A DNA stretch of 64,000 nt from contig OZ253572.1 in assembly GCA_965262935.1 (NCBI GenBank), forward strand, positions 6,937,980 through 7,001,979, given 5' to 3'. Shown here in pieces: positions 19,722 through 29,664 of this stretch; position 1 is the first letter of the stretch; the number at the start of each line of letters is the position of its first letter. The translations under genes and the position numbers were made by a program. The notes beneath the pieces were generated by a model. It saw nothing but the letters and a program-made list of their open reading frames with translations, was not told the DNA's origin and searched no databases. This stretch comes from Spirochaetia bacterium. GTDB taxonomy: Bacteria > Spirochaetota > Spirochaetia > SZUA-6 > Bin103.

Positions 19722-19940
19722 TTGGCCAAAGAAGAGGCAATCGAGATTCAGGGCACGGTCAGAGAATCGTTACCCAATACCATGTTCCGGGTCGAGCTGC
19801 AGAACGGGCACCGGGTGCTTGCTCACCTGTCCGGAAAGATGCGCCGCCACTACATTCGCATCGTGCCCGGCGATCGGGTTCGGGTAGCTCTGTCCCCTTA
19901 CGATCTCACCCGAGGTCGCATCATCTACCGCGAACATTGA
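19722..19940 (+). CDS. infA: Translation initiation factor IF-1
   Basis: [32 protein letters not shown]; AAGGAG SD before TTG. Confidence 0.98.
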   Translation: MAKEEAIEIQGTVRESLPNTMFRVELQNGHRVLAHLSGKMRRHYIRIVPGDRVRVALSPYDLTRGRIIYREH

Positions 19941-19953
19941 CGGTCGGGATGGG

Positions 19954-19985
19954 CCGCTAGCGACGCCGCAAGGCGACGCTAGCGG
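19954..19985. terminator. GNRA-capped hairpin after infA
   Basis: CCGCTAGCG-A-CGCC-GCAA-GGCG-A-CGCTAGCGG. Confidence 0.55.
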
Positions 19986-20166
19986 GGCGCTGACGGTGCC
20001 GAGTCGGCGAACCGCGGCGCAGTGTGTCCGCGGGCCGGGCTCCTCGGCGCACGGTGCGACCTTCCCCAGGGGGCGCTGATGTCCACTTCGGCGCTCGCCA
20101 GCGTCGGCCTGGTCACGCTCTGGGTCTGCCGACCAACGGTCAGCGCCGGGTCCAGTCCGGCTGGCA

Positions 20167-20730
20167 TCAATACCCGCCCGCGCCGCTGTCCGGCGGCAAT
20201 GCCGGGGCGGCCGCCTGCTGTTCCCGCAACCGTTCCAGGAGGTCCGATTCGGCCCCGCCGACGAGCGTCCGTCCGGCGCGGGCGCCGGTTCCGGCCGCCC
20301 GCCGTGCATCCTGCGCAGCGCCAGCTCGAGGTTGATTCGGGCATCCGCCGACTGTGGGCCGAGCATCAGCGCGTCGCGGAAGTGCAGCGCCGCCTCCCGA
20401 TAGCGGCCCGCCCGGTAGTGGGCATGGCCGAGGTTGAACGCCCACCCGGCGGCGCAGTTCCGGCGGCGCGTCATCGGCCACGCGCTGCAACAGCGCCAGC
20501 CCCGCATCGCTATCTCCCAGAGCCAGATAGGCGTTCGCCAGGTTGTAGGCCACAAACGGCGACCCGGCGTGCGTCGCGCCGCGGTAGTGGCGCATCGCGC
20601 GTACCAGGTCGCCGCGCGCAAAATCGTAGTTGCCCTCCAGGACGGCCACCGGCGGCTGCCGCCCGCCGGCGGCCAGCAGCACCAGCGCCAGCACCAGCGC
20701 CGGCGCTGTGCTCAGAACGTAGCGCGCCAT
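20167..20730 (-). CDS. TPR protein (BatC-like) with compensating frameshifts
   Basis: AYNLANAY in one frame; AFNLGHAHY...ADARINLELA in another. Confidence 0.75.
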   Translation of the reverse strand: MARYVLSTAPALVLALVLLAAGGRQPPVAVLEGNYDFARGDLVRAMRHYRGATHAGSPFVAYNLANAYLALGDSDAGLALLQRVADDAPPELRRRVGVQPRPCPLPGGPLSGGGAALPRRADARPTVGGCPNQPRAGAAQDARRAAGTGARAGRTLVGGAESDLLERLREQQAAAPALPPDSGAGGY

Positions 20731-21773
20731 CGTACCGCTCGGACCGCCGCGCACCCGGCCAGCGCCAGCAACGCGATCAGCGCCAGGACCGCGTAACGCG
20801 GCCGGCGAGCCGTATTGCGGGGCGCCGCGTGGCCGCGCCGCCATGCCTCCAGGTAAGCGCCCGCCGCGGCCATGGTGTCAGGCAGCAGCGGGTCCGCGAT
20901 CACCCCGCCGCTGAGCCGCGCGATCTCCCGCATCGCGCGCTCGTCGCGCGCCGACTGTTCGCCAGTCGCCGGGGACACCGCCGCGCCGGCTTGCCGGGCG
21001 GGCCGGGCGGGCCGGGCGGGCCCGGCTGCCGCGGCGCCGCCGGCCGGCACCGGCGCCCCCGCCGCCGTGCCCACCGGCACGGTCACGATCGCCACCCCGG
21101 CCCGCCCCGCCTGCCGCGCCACCGGCAGCGGCTCACCGGCGCTGCTCTCGCCATCCGACACCAATACCACGGTGCGCACCGCGCCCGCCCTGCCCGGCAA
21201 CTCGAAGGCCGCGTAACGCAACGCCGCGGCGAGTTGCGATGCGCCGAGTGCCGGCGCCTGGTCGTGCAGCGCGGCCAGGAGCTGCCGCAACGCGTAGCGA
21301 TCGTCGGTGAACGGCATCAGCAGATGGCTGGTGTCGCTGAATCCCACCACCGCAACCGTGGCGCCGGGCAGCGCCTCGACCAGCTCGCCGGCGGCCGCCA
21401 GCCCGTGCCGCAGACGGCTCGGCGCCACGTCCGTAACCGCCATGCTGCGCGACAGGTCGACCAGGAGCACCACCTCGCCGCCGCTCGGCTCCTGTTCCGG
21501 CCAGCCCACGCCCCAGCGCACGTCGGCGGCGCCCAGGATCACAGCGGCCACCGCCACACAGGTCAGCACGCCATCGGCGCCGCGCTTGCAGCGCAGCACC
21601 GCGGCCGGCGCAGGACCGGCCGCCGGCAGCGACGCCACGCGGCCCAGGGCATGCAGGTCGCGCCGGGCGCGGCGCGCGGCATACGCCAGCACGGCGGCCA
21701 GCGGCGCCAGCACGGCAAGCAGCAGCAGCACCCACGGCTGCTCAACGGTGATCGCACCGGACAGGTTCAGCAT
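20712..21773 (-). CDS. batB: VWA domain protein (BatB-like)
   Basis: MIDAS DLSRSM, DVAPSRL, MPFTDD, VSDGE; N- and C-terminal TM segments. Confidence 0.85.
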   Translation of the reverse strand: MLNLSGAITVEQPWVLLLLAVLAPLAAVLAYAARRARRDLHALGRVASLPAAGPAPAAVLRCKRGADGVLTCVAVAAVILGAADVRWGVGWPEQEPSGGEVVLLVDLSRSMAVTDVAPSRLRHGLAAAGELVEALPGATVAVVGFSDTSHLLMPFTDDRYALRQLLAALHDQAPALGASQLAAALRYAAFELPGRAGAVRTVVLVSDGESSAGEPLPVARQAGRAGVAIVTVPVGTAAGAPVPAGGAAAAGPARPARPARQAGAAVSPATGEQSARDERAMREIARLSGGVIADPLLPDTMAAAGAYLEAWRRGHAAPRNTARRPRYAVLALIALLALAGCAAVRAVRWRATF

Positions 21774-21787
21774 CCGCGCATGGCCCC

Positions 21788-22786
21788 TCAGAACAGCTCC
21801 GCGAGCACCACGCGGCGCAGCGCCACGTCGAGCAACAGCACGCACAGCGCCGCCAGCAGCACCGCGCGGTGGCGCGGCCGGCGCGATACCCGCACCCCGG
21901 TATGCCGATCGAGTCGTTCCAGCGCGTCGATCTCGCGGAACACCGCGGCCAGCGCCTCCGGTTCGGCCGCGGCGAAGAAGCGCCCGCCGGTGATCCGGGC
22001 CACCCGCTCCAGCAGGGCGGCATCGAACCGGCCGCGGTACCGGCCGCGCTGCGTCAGTCCGGTGCGCGGGTCGGTAATCTCCAGCACCGCGTCGCCGGCG
22101 CCGCCCATGCCGACGGTATAGATGCGCACGCCGTGCGCCGCAGCCAGCGCCGCGGCGTCCTCCGGCGTCAGCTCGCCGGCGTTGTGGTCGCCATCGGTGA
22201 GCAGCACGATCACCCGGCCCGGCGCGGCGCTGTCCGGCAGGTGCAGGAGGGCCACCGCGATACCCATGCCGATGGCGGTGGCGTCGCCCAGCGACATGAC
22301 CGCGGCGCCGTCGAGGGCAGCGTGCAGGGCTGCCCGGTCGAGCGTCTTGGGGACCCGCAGCACGGCGCGCTCGCTGAAGCTCACCATGCCGATGGCGTCG
22401 TTGCCGCGGCCGGCGACGAAGCCGCGAATTACCCTGACGGCGGCGGCCAGGCGGCTGTCTTCGCCCAGGTCGCGCGCCGCCATGCTCGGCGACTCGTCGA
22501 GCACGATCATCAGGTCGAGTCCCGCGGTCAGGAACACCTCCTCCTGGCGCACCCGCGCCGGGCCGGCAGCGGCGACGATCAGCAGCGCGGCGGCCAGCCA
22601 GAACGGGGCGCGGGCCGCGACGGCGAGCGCGCCCGGCATGCCGCGGTACACGAACGGGGTGCCGGCCCACCGCTGCAGCGGCGCACGCAGCACGCCGCCG
22701 CGCCCCGGACGGAAGTGGACCAGGTAGACGGCCGGCGGCACCAGCAGCAGCACGCCCAGCAGCAGCGGCTGCTCAAAGCTCCACAT
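21788..22786 (-). CDS. batA: VWA domain protein (BatA-like)
   Basis: DESPSM, TAIGMG, LLTDG.HNAG, IYTVGMG, TGGRFF. Confidence 0.9.
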   Translation of the reverse strand: MWSFEQPLLLGVLLLVPPAVYLVHFRPGRGGVLRAPLQRWAGTPFVYRGMPGALAVAARAPFWLAAALLIVAAAGPARVRQEEVFLTAGLDLMIVLDESPSMAARDLGEDSRLAAAVRVIRGFVAGRGNDAIGMVSFSERAVLRVPKTLDRAALHAALDGAAVMSLGDATAIGMGIAVALLHLPDSAAPGRVIVLLTDGDHNAGELTPEDAAALAAAHGVRIYTVGMGGAGDAVLEITDPRTGLTQRGRYRGRFDAALLERVARITGGRFFAAAEPEALAAVFREIDALERLDRHTGVRVSRRPRHRAVLLAALCVLLLDVALRRVVLAELF

Positions 22787-24230
22787 CGGTTCCTCCCCGC
22801 CGGCGTGCGGCGCGCTCCTCCAGGATCGCGTCGATTGCCCGCGCCAGCGTGACCAGCTGCCGTGCCGCGTCCCGCATCTCCACGGCGCCGGCGCCGCGGC
22901 CGGCGAACTTCACCCGATCGGCGGTGTCCAGAATCGCCGCCAGGTCCGCGCCCAGCCCGTGCGGCAACCCCTGTTCCGGGAGTGCCGCGCGCAGCTCGCC
23001 GACCGTCAGGGCGTGCGCCGGCAGCGCCAGCCGCTCGGCAAGGTAGCCGCGCGCCAGGTGCGACAGGCGGGCATAGAACGACACCGCATCGGGCGGTGCC
23101 GCGGATGCGGATGCGGAGGATGCGGAGGATGCGGCGGATGCTGGGGATGCGGCCGATGCGGCCGATGCGGCCGATGCGCCGGTGGCGGCGGTCTGCAGTT
23201 GCTGCACCCCGCGTTCCAGTAGCAGGCGCGGCCGGGTGCGGGCGCGCCGTGCGCGCACCCGGCCGCCGGCACCGGCCAGCAGCAAGCCGCCGCTGACCAG
23301 GAGGTAGGGCACGACCAGCACCGCCAGCGCGCCGCCGATCAGGAGCGCCGCGCTGCCGGGCACCGCCATCTGCGCGGCCGGCGGGCGCAGGGCGGGCGGC
23401 GCATCGCCGTAGCGCGGCAGCACGGAGACGGTGAGAAAGCCGACGCCGGTCAACTGGAACGGGCCCACGTCGATCGGCGGCAGCTCGCCAACGCCGGGCC
23501 GGTAGCTGGTGAACAGGACACGCACTTCCCAGCTCCCGTCGGTGCGCGGCAGCACGTCCACGCCGTGCACCGACAACCACTCGCCGGCTGCGACGGCGCC
23601 GGGCGCGCTGAGCTGCGCGGCGCCGCGCACCACGATGCGCGCCAACACCCGGTCGCCGACGCCGAACTGCGCCGGCTCGAACCGCACCTCCTGCCCCCGC
23701 TCCGGTTCGGCAAACTCATCCGGTGCGGCCGGGTCCGCCGCCGCGCCGGCGGCGCCGTTCACCTGGGCAACCGCCGGCGCCACCGCGCACCACGGTGCAG
23801 CGCTCAGGATCAGCCACGCCGCGAGCCGGGCGGGCGCGGCCCGTGGGCGCCGCCGGCCGGCATCTCGCCGACCGCACCGGGCCGCGCGGAGCCGGCGCCA
23901 AGCCCTCGGCGCTGATAGCCGAACGCCGGACAGCCGCCCTGCTCCCCGGCACCTCCGCGAGCGGAGCCGCACGCCGGCGCCGCTACGGGTCAGCACGGCG
24001 ACACCCGCAGCCGGAGGGTGCGTAGCGCACGCCGGGCCGAGCGCCCCGGCACCTTGCGCACGGCGACCGTGGCCGCGGCCGCACCGGCGGTCCCGGCGCA
24101 CGGCACCAGGCACCCGGCGCCACCTCCAGCGGAGTCGCACACCGGCGCCGCTACGGGTCAGCACGGCGACACCCGCCGCCAGAGGGGTCGTGGCGCCGTG
24201 GCGCAGCGCGGCGCCCACGGACGTCAGCAC
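22773..24230 (-). CDS. Bat-cluster membrane protein (BatD/DUF4381-like; start uncertain)
   Basis: Signal-like segment, beta-rich domain, TM, FYARLS..ADRVKFA; GTG overlaps the DUF58 stop. Confidence 0.7.
   Translation of the reverse strand: MLTSVGAALRHGATTPLAAGVAVLTRSGAGVRLRWRWRRVPGAVRRDRRCGRGHGRRAQGAGALGPACATHPPAAGVAVLTRSGAGVRLRSRRCRGAGRLSGVRLSAPRAWRRLRAARCGRRDAGRRRPRAAPARLAAWLILSAAPWCAVAPAVAQVNGAAGAAADPAAPDEFAEPERGQEVRFEPAQFGVGDRVLARIVVRGAAQLSAPGAVAAGEWLSVHGVDVLPRTDGSWEVRVLFTSYRPGVGELPPIDVGPFQLTGVGFLTVSVLPRYGDAPPALRPPAAQMAVPGSAALLIGGALAVLVVPYLLVSGGLLLAGAGGRVRARRARTRPRLLLERGVQQLQTAATGASAASAASAASPASAASSASSASASAAPPDAVSFYARLSHLARGYLAERLALPAHALTVGELRAALPEQGLPHGLGADLAAILDTADRVKFAGRGAGAVEMRDAARQLVTLARAIDAILEERAARRRGGTDVEL
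23098..23180. repeat. 9-bp-unit tandem repeat encoding ASA/ASS
   Basis: GATGCGG(CC/AG/CG) units. Confidence 0.8.
23950..24185. repeat. Two direct repeats of about 65 bp, 168 bp apart
   Basis: Identical 35-bp core CCGGCGCCGCTACGGGTCAGCACGGCGACACCCGC at 23974-24008 and 24142-24176. Confidence 0.9.
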
Positions 24231-25177
24231 GGTGTGCCGCGCCGACTGCGCCCGCGGCGACGGAAGAACGCCGCCAGGGCGGCGCCGGGATCCTCGCCAG
24301 TGGCAATCTCCAGCAAATCGACGCGCTGGCGGCGGCAGCCGGCGCGGATGTCGCGGAAGTGTTCCTCCCAGTAGGCGCGATAGGCGGCGCGGAAGCGGCG
24401 CGACCGGCCGGCGGCGTAGGTCACCCGCCCGGTTTCCGGATCCTGCAGTTGCACTCCGCCAACCGCCGGGAACTCGCCGTCGCCGGCGGCGCCGACGCGC
24501 ACCGCGACCACCTCATGGCGGCGGCGCAGCACCGCGAGCTGCGGCCAGAAGCCGGTGGTCTTGAAGTCGGACACCAGCACGCAGGTGGCGCGCCGATGCA
24601 GCAGACCCGCCACGCCGCGCAGGGCGAGGGCGAGATCGGAACCGCGCCCGCGCGGTTCGATGGCCAGCACGTCGCCAACGATGCGCAGCGGGTGGCCGCG
24701 CCCGCGCCGCGCCGGCAGCCAGCGTTCGCGGCGGTCGGAAAACAGGTAGGCGCTCACCGACTCGCCGGCGCGCTGCACGGCGTGGGCGAGAATGGCAACC
24801 ACCCAGGCGGCCAGTTCGCGCCGCGCGCCGTCTCCGCCCAGCAGCGACCGGGAAACGTCCACCACCAGCACCAGGTTCAGCTCGCGCTCCTCGCGAAACA
24901 CCTTGGTGAACGCGCTGCCCATGCGCGAGGTCACGTTCCAGTCGATCAACCGCGCATCGTCGCCGACCGCGTACTCGCGCACCTGGTCGAACTCCATGCC
25001 CTGGCCGCGGAACGCGCTGCGCTGCCCGCCGGCCTGCAAACTGGCCACCGTTTGCCGGGCGAGCAGTTCCAGCAAGCGCGCCTGCGCGGCGATCGGCCGC
25101 TGCAGCACCCGCCCCCGTTGCGCAGCGCCGCCCGGACCCGCCGCCGGCGCGCTGCCGTCCGTGGCGGTTCCGCTCAT
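24224..25177 (-). CDS. DUF58 (VWA-like) protein
   Basis: GQGMEFDQVREYAVGDDARLIDWNVTSR, KVFREERE, VDVSRS, VSDF. Confidence 0.92.
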   Translation of the reverse strand: MSGTATDGSAPAAGPGGAAQRGRVLQRPIAAQARLLELLARQTVASLQAGGQRSAFRGQGMEFDQVREYAVGDDARLIDWNVTSRMGSAFTKVFREERELNLVLVVDVSRSLLGGDGARRELAAWVVAILAHAVQRAGESVSAYLFSDRRERWLPARRGRGHPLRIVGDVLAIEPRGRGSDLALALRGVAGLLHRRATCVLVSDFKTTGFWPQLAVLRRRHEVVAVRVGAAGDGEFPAVGGVQLQDPETGRVTYAAGRSRRFRAAYRAYWEEHFRDIRAGCRRQRVDLLEIATGEDPGAALAAFFRRRGRSRRGTPC

Positions 25178-25276
25178 GGCGCGCACCAGCGGCGTACCGC
25201 CGGCCCCGCCAGCCGTGCCGGACCGGGGTGGCGGACGCCGTGGCGGGTCGCTCCACCGGTGCCGAGCGCCACGAGT

Positions 25277-26314
25277 CTACGGCACCTCCACATGAGCCAA
25301 CAGCGCCTCGATCACCGGTTCGGCGGTCATTCCCTCCGACTCGCCCTCATAGCTCATCACCAGGCGATGCCGCAGCACGTCGGGCGCCACCGCCTTGACA
25401 TCGTCGGGAATGGCGAACGAGCGGCCGGCGAACAGAGCGGCGATCTTCGCGCACCGGTACAGGCAGATCGACGCGCGCGGCGACGCGCCATGCTCGATGA
25501 AGCTCAGGTAGTCGGGTTGCGCACCCGCGGCGCCGCCAGCCGGGCGCGTGGCGCGCATCAGCGTCACGATGTACTCCTCGATGCGGCGGTCGAGCCGGAT
25601 GCGCGCCGCGCCCGCACGCAGGTCAGCGATGGCGGCGCGGCCGAGCAGCGGGCGCAGCGCCACCGGCTGCTCGTCGCCGACCAGGCGCAGCACTTCCAGC
25701 TCCTCCTCGTAGGCGGGGTACGGGACGCGCAGCTTGAGCAGAAACCGGTCGAGTTGCGCCTCCGGCAGCGGATAGGTGCCCTGCTGCTCGATCGGATTCT
25801 GCGTCGCCAGCACCAGGAACGGTTCCTCCAGCGCGTAGGTCTCGTTGCCGAGCGTGACCTGACGCTCCTCCATCGCCTCCAGCAGCGCGGACTGCACCTT
25901 GGCCGGCGCCCGGTTGATCTCGTCGGCAAGCACCACGTGCGCGAAGATCGGACCCTTGCGCGCCACGAACTCGCCGCTCTGGGGGCGAAACACCATGGTG
26001 CCGGTCACGTCGGCGGGGAGCAGATCGGGCGTGAACTGCAGGCGCCGGAAACTCACGCCCGCGACCTCGGCGAGCGCCTTTACCGCGCGCGTCTTGGCCA
26101 GCCCCGGCATCCCTTCCAGCAGCACATGCCCGCCGGCGAGCAGCGCCATCATCATTCCCCGCACCATCGCGTGCTGGCCGACGATGCGCTTGCCCACCTC
26201 GGCGAAGCAGGCGTCGAGCAGGCGCCGCTGCTCGGCTGCCTGTTCGGCTGCCTGTTCGTCGGCCGCGGGCGCCGCCGCCTGCTCAACTCCGGTAGTCGGC
26301 ATTTTCGCGGACAT
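25277..26314 (-). CDS. moxR: MoxR-family AAA+ ATPase
   Basis: LLEGMPGLAKT, QFTPDLLPAD, ADEINRAPAKVQSALLEAM, LPEAQLDRF. Confidence 0.95.
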   Translation of the reverse strand: MSAKMPTTGVEQAAAPAADEQAAEQAAEQRRLLDACFAEVGKRIVGQHAMVRGMMMALLAGGHVLLEGMPGLAKTRAVKALAEVAGVSFRRLQFTPDLLPADVTGTMVFRPQSGEFVARKGPIFAHVVLADEINRAPAKVQSALLEAMEERQVTLGNETYALEEPFLVLATQNPIEQQGTYPLPEAQLDRFLLKLRVPYPAYEEELEVLRLVGDEQPVALRPLLGRAAIADLRAGAARIRLDRRIEEYIVTLMRATRPAGGAAGAQPDYLSFIEHGASPRASICLYRCAKIAALFAGRSFAIPDDVKAVAPDVLRHRLVMSYEGESEGMTAEPVIEALLAHVEVP

Positions 26315-27629
26315 ACTCGTAGCCGAGATCGGCGGCCAGCGCGCGCACGGTGTGCGGTGCCCGCTGCGGCGCCCGCTCGGCCGCCGCCCCGGGATCCGCC
26401 GCGCCGGCGATTCGGATGCCGATGCGCACCACCCGGTCGTGCGGAGGAAAGCCGCCGCTGGAGTCGCAGCGGCAGGACGCCAGGTAGTCGCTCAAGTCGC
26501 GCTCCAGCGCCGGCCCCAGGGTGAATACGCCGCCGGCGAACACCTGCCGGTCGCCGAGCGAGATGGTCAGGTCGCGCGCGCCGAGATGACGCAGATCGGG
26601 CCGGCTGCCCAGGTAGTCGCCAACGGCGCCGGCGATGCGCCCCACGTTGGGGTCGTTGCCGTACACCGCGGTCTTCACCAGCGGTCCGTTGCCGACCGCC
26701 TTGGCCACCGCCAGCGCGTCCGCCTCCGCCAGATGCGAGGTCACCGCTATCTCCATGACGTGGCGGGTGCCTTCGCCGTTGCGCACGATGTCGCCGGCCA
26801 GCGCCGTGCACACCTGCCGCACGGCGGCGCCCAGGCCGGCCACGCGCGGCGCCCCCGGCGCCCGCTCCGCGCTGCTGAGCAACACCGCCATGTCGCTGGT
26901 GCTCTGGTCGCCATCCACGGTGATGGCGTTGAACGACGACCGCGCGGCGCGCTGCAACTCCTCCTGCAGTTCGGCCGCCGTGGCCGGCGCATCGGTGACA
27001 ATGAACGCCAGCATGGTGCCCATGTCCGGCTCGATCATGCCGGCGCCCTTGGCGATGCCCAGCACGCGGTGGCCGCAGGCGGTCGTGGCGCTGCGCAGCT
27101 TGGCGTAGGCGTCGGTGGTCATGATCGCCTCGGCCGCGGCCAGCGCGGACGTGGTGCCGAGGTTGGCGGCCAGCGCCGGGGCGGCGGCGGCCAGGGCGGC
27201 AACCGGCAGCTGCCAGCCGATCACGCCGGTGGACGCCGGCAGCAGCTCCGCAGCCGGCACGCCGAGCGCATCGCCGACGCTCGCCAGCACGCTGCGCGCA
27301 GCCGCCTCGCCGCCGGCGGCGCACACGTTGGCCACCTTGTTGTTGATCACCAGGCCTCGTACCGGCTGCCCGCGCTGGCCGCGCACGATCTCCACCGGCG
27401 CCCCGGTAACGCGATTGCGGGTCAGCACCGCGGCCCAGGCGCGGCTCGCGGCGGGCGCCAGGATGGCGGTCAGCTTGATCGGCAGCGGTTGCGCCGCGGC
27501 GCCCAGCTCCGCCGGGATGAACTCGGTGGCGGTGACGGCGAACCGGAAGCCGCGCGGAACCAGCGCGCGTTCCTGCAGCGCCGCCCGGTAGGCGCTCGCG
27601 GTGTCGTAGACTTCAGACGTGGTACCCAC
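26283..27629 (-). CDS. argJ: Ornithine acetyltransferase / N-acetylglutamate synthase
   Basis: STGVIG, IMTTD, KGAGMIEPDMGTML (autocleavage Thr), DGDQSTSD, YVRENADYRS. Confidence 0.95.
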   Translation of the reverse strand: MGTTSEVYDTASAYRAALQERALVPRGFRFAVTATEFIPAELGAAAQPLPIKLTAILAPAASRAWAAVLTRNRVTGAPVEIVRGQRGQPVRGLVINNKVANVCAAGGEAAARSVLASVGDALGVPAAELLPASTGVIGWQLPVAALAAAAPALAANLGTTSALAAAEAIMTTDAYAKLRSATTACGHRVLGIAKGAGMIEPDMGTMLAFIVTDAPATAAELQEELQRAARSSFNAITVDGDQSTSDMAVLLSSAERAPGAPRVAGLGAAVRQVCTALAGDIVRNGEGTRHVMEIAVTSHLAEADALAVAKAVGNGPLVKTAVYGNDPNVGRIAGAVGDYLGSRPDLRHLGARDLTISLGDRQVFAGGVFTLGPALERDLSDYLASCRCDSSGGFPPHDRVVRIGIRIAGAADPGAAAERAPQRAPHTVRALAADLGYEYVRENADYRS

Positions 27630-27902
27630 CCGTGGACTTATAGTACACCGCCCCGCGCGACGACAACTCCCTGCGATTAGTTCGGGGTTCACAAACGCAG
27701 CCACCGACTCTCGATCTCACGCATCAGCAAGTCACCGTCGGTTTCAGACGAAGCGGTCACGCCCCTGATGCAGATAGGAGTGCGAAGGCTTGGCGGGGCG
27801 GCGGCTCTCGGCTTGACGAACTAGGCAGATGACTTCGATCGCACTTACGCATTCCGCTATTGTAGACATACGCGTCCGCTCCACGGAAATGGTGACTCAT
27901 CA

Positions 27903-29060
27903 ATGCTCAAGACGATTCTACGCCGACAATTTTCGATGCCTCTCCAATCTTCGAACTTCAAGCTCGGACGAGTCCAACGTGCTTCTCGGCGCGAACGGCA
28001 CCGGCAAGTCCATCCGTTTTGGACAGTCCTCCGGAAGATTCAGGATCTCGTGGCACGCGGACGGTCGGAGTCGACGAAGTATTCCCGGCGCGTGACCTTA
28101 CCCTAGAGTCAAGATATCGAAACGAGCCAACGTTTTGAACTTGAAACATGTATCGATGAGCCAATCCTACCGTATAAGTACGGCTTGACCGTAGAGCATG
28201 ACTCATTATCCGAGCGTCGAGATGCGGATCACCGAAGGAGACCCTCGAGCATGACGGCACGACCCATCTTCGAATTCGCAGGAACGGTTTTGCTCAATTG
28301 TACCATGAACGACTACGCTGCCAGGTTCCCGAGTACTTTCCCGTTCGATTGGACTCTGTCCGGAATCGGGATCCTCTGAATGAACGACCCCGACAACCAA
28401 AAGCTCACACAGTTCAAGAAGGACATAAAGCGAATTATGTCATCGTCGGCTCATGTCCTCCTTTGATTAGGCCGGAAGCTAGATCGTCAGAAGACGAATT
28501 CCTCGATCCACTGATGGAGAACTTCGCTCGGTTGGTATCGTCCTCGCTATTCGCAGGAGAACATGGGTTCTATCGGACGTCTGTTCGATGCACTCCGCGA
28601 ACTCTCTTCCCAACTTCGACTCCATAAGGCTTCGGGAATCTGGCGAAAACTCACGTGCGCTAAAGGTAGTTTTCCTGCAATCCGCTCTCAACATCGCGGT
28701 CGATTACGGGCTGGATCAGCTGTCGGATCGGGCAGTGCAAGCCCTTATAGCGTTGTACAGCCTTACCCATCTTACGGATGACCGTCGGGTTTCCAGCTGT
28801 TCGTTGACGAACCTGACAACTACCTCTCCTTGAGGGAGATTCAACCGTGGTTATCGCATGTAATTGAAAAGTGTGGCGAGTCATTAGATCAGGTTGTCGT
28901 TATCTTCCCACCATCCAACCACGATTGACTACATGGCCGGCGCTCACGGGCGATGAGTTCTCTCGCGACGGGGACGGACCGGCACGGGTAAGCGATGAAT
29001 CAAAGATCCGAGAGCGGTGGTCTGTCGCTCGGAGAGCATCGCTCGCGGCTGGCAGGAATG
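27903..29060 (+). pseudogene. Heavily degraded AAA_21-type ATPase
   Basis: Pieces in shifting frames: FYADNFRCL, LLGANGTGKS, FDQLSD-like signature, LFVDEPDNYL..EIQPW, SHHP-like H-loop. Confidence 0.75.
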
Positions 29061-29610
29061 AGCGCGAGTATCATTCTACTCTGTGAGGATCGGCGGACTG
29101 ACACGTTCGTGCGACGGTTTCTGAAACATCGCAGGTTTCGCACGCACGACATCCACACCGTTCCTCTCCCTACGAAGGGCTCCGGTGAACAAAGGGTCCG
29201 AGAGCAGTTCCCGAAGGAGTTGCAGGGAATTCGTGGCAAAAAGCGGGCGGTCCTCCTGGTAGTCACGGATGCGGATGTGAATACCACGGCCAACCGGCAA
29301 TCCCTATTGGATCGGGAGTGTGACACGCAAAAGGTACGCCGGAAACAGCCGACAGACCCGGTGGTTGTCGCTATTCTCAAAGAGAAACATCGAAACTTGG
29401 CTATGGCACCTGGAGACTCACAAAGCTGTTGATGAGACGTGCGACTACAAAATAGCGCATTTTCGCGGCTTGAAGACAACAAACATGCACGATCTCGCGG
29501 ACGAATTATCTCGGATGTGTCAACGCGAGCAGCGGCTACTCCCAACCGCGCCTCCATCGTTGAGAGAGGCGTGTCTCGAATATCGGAATCTGACGCAATT
29601 CCTCGGCTGA
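29058..29610 (+). pseudogene. TOPRIM-like ATPase partner (DUF4276-like) with one frameshift
   Basis: LLCED, VTDAD, RNIETWL motifs; frameshift near 29378. Confidence 0.7.
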
Positions 29611-29664
29611 GGACAAGCTCTTCACTCCTTCCACCGCCGCGCCGACGCTTAGTGGCAGCAAGCG

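Noticed and set aside
23950-24185. Possible CRISPR or attC repeats
   Set aside because: Only two copies, 133 bp between the cores, and inside an open reading frame
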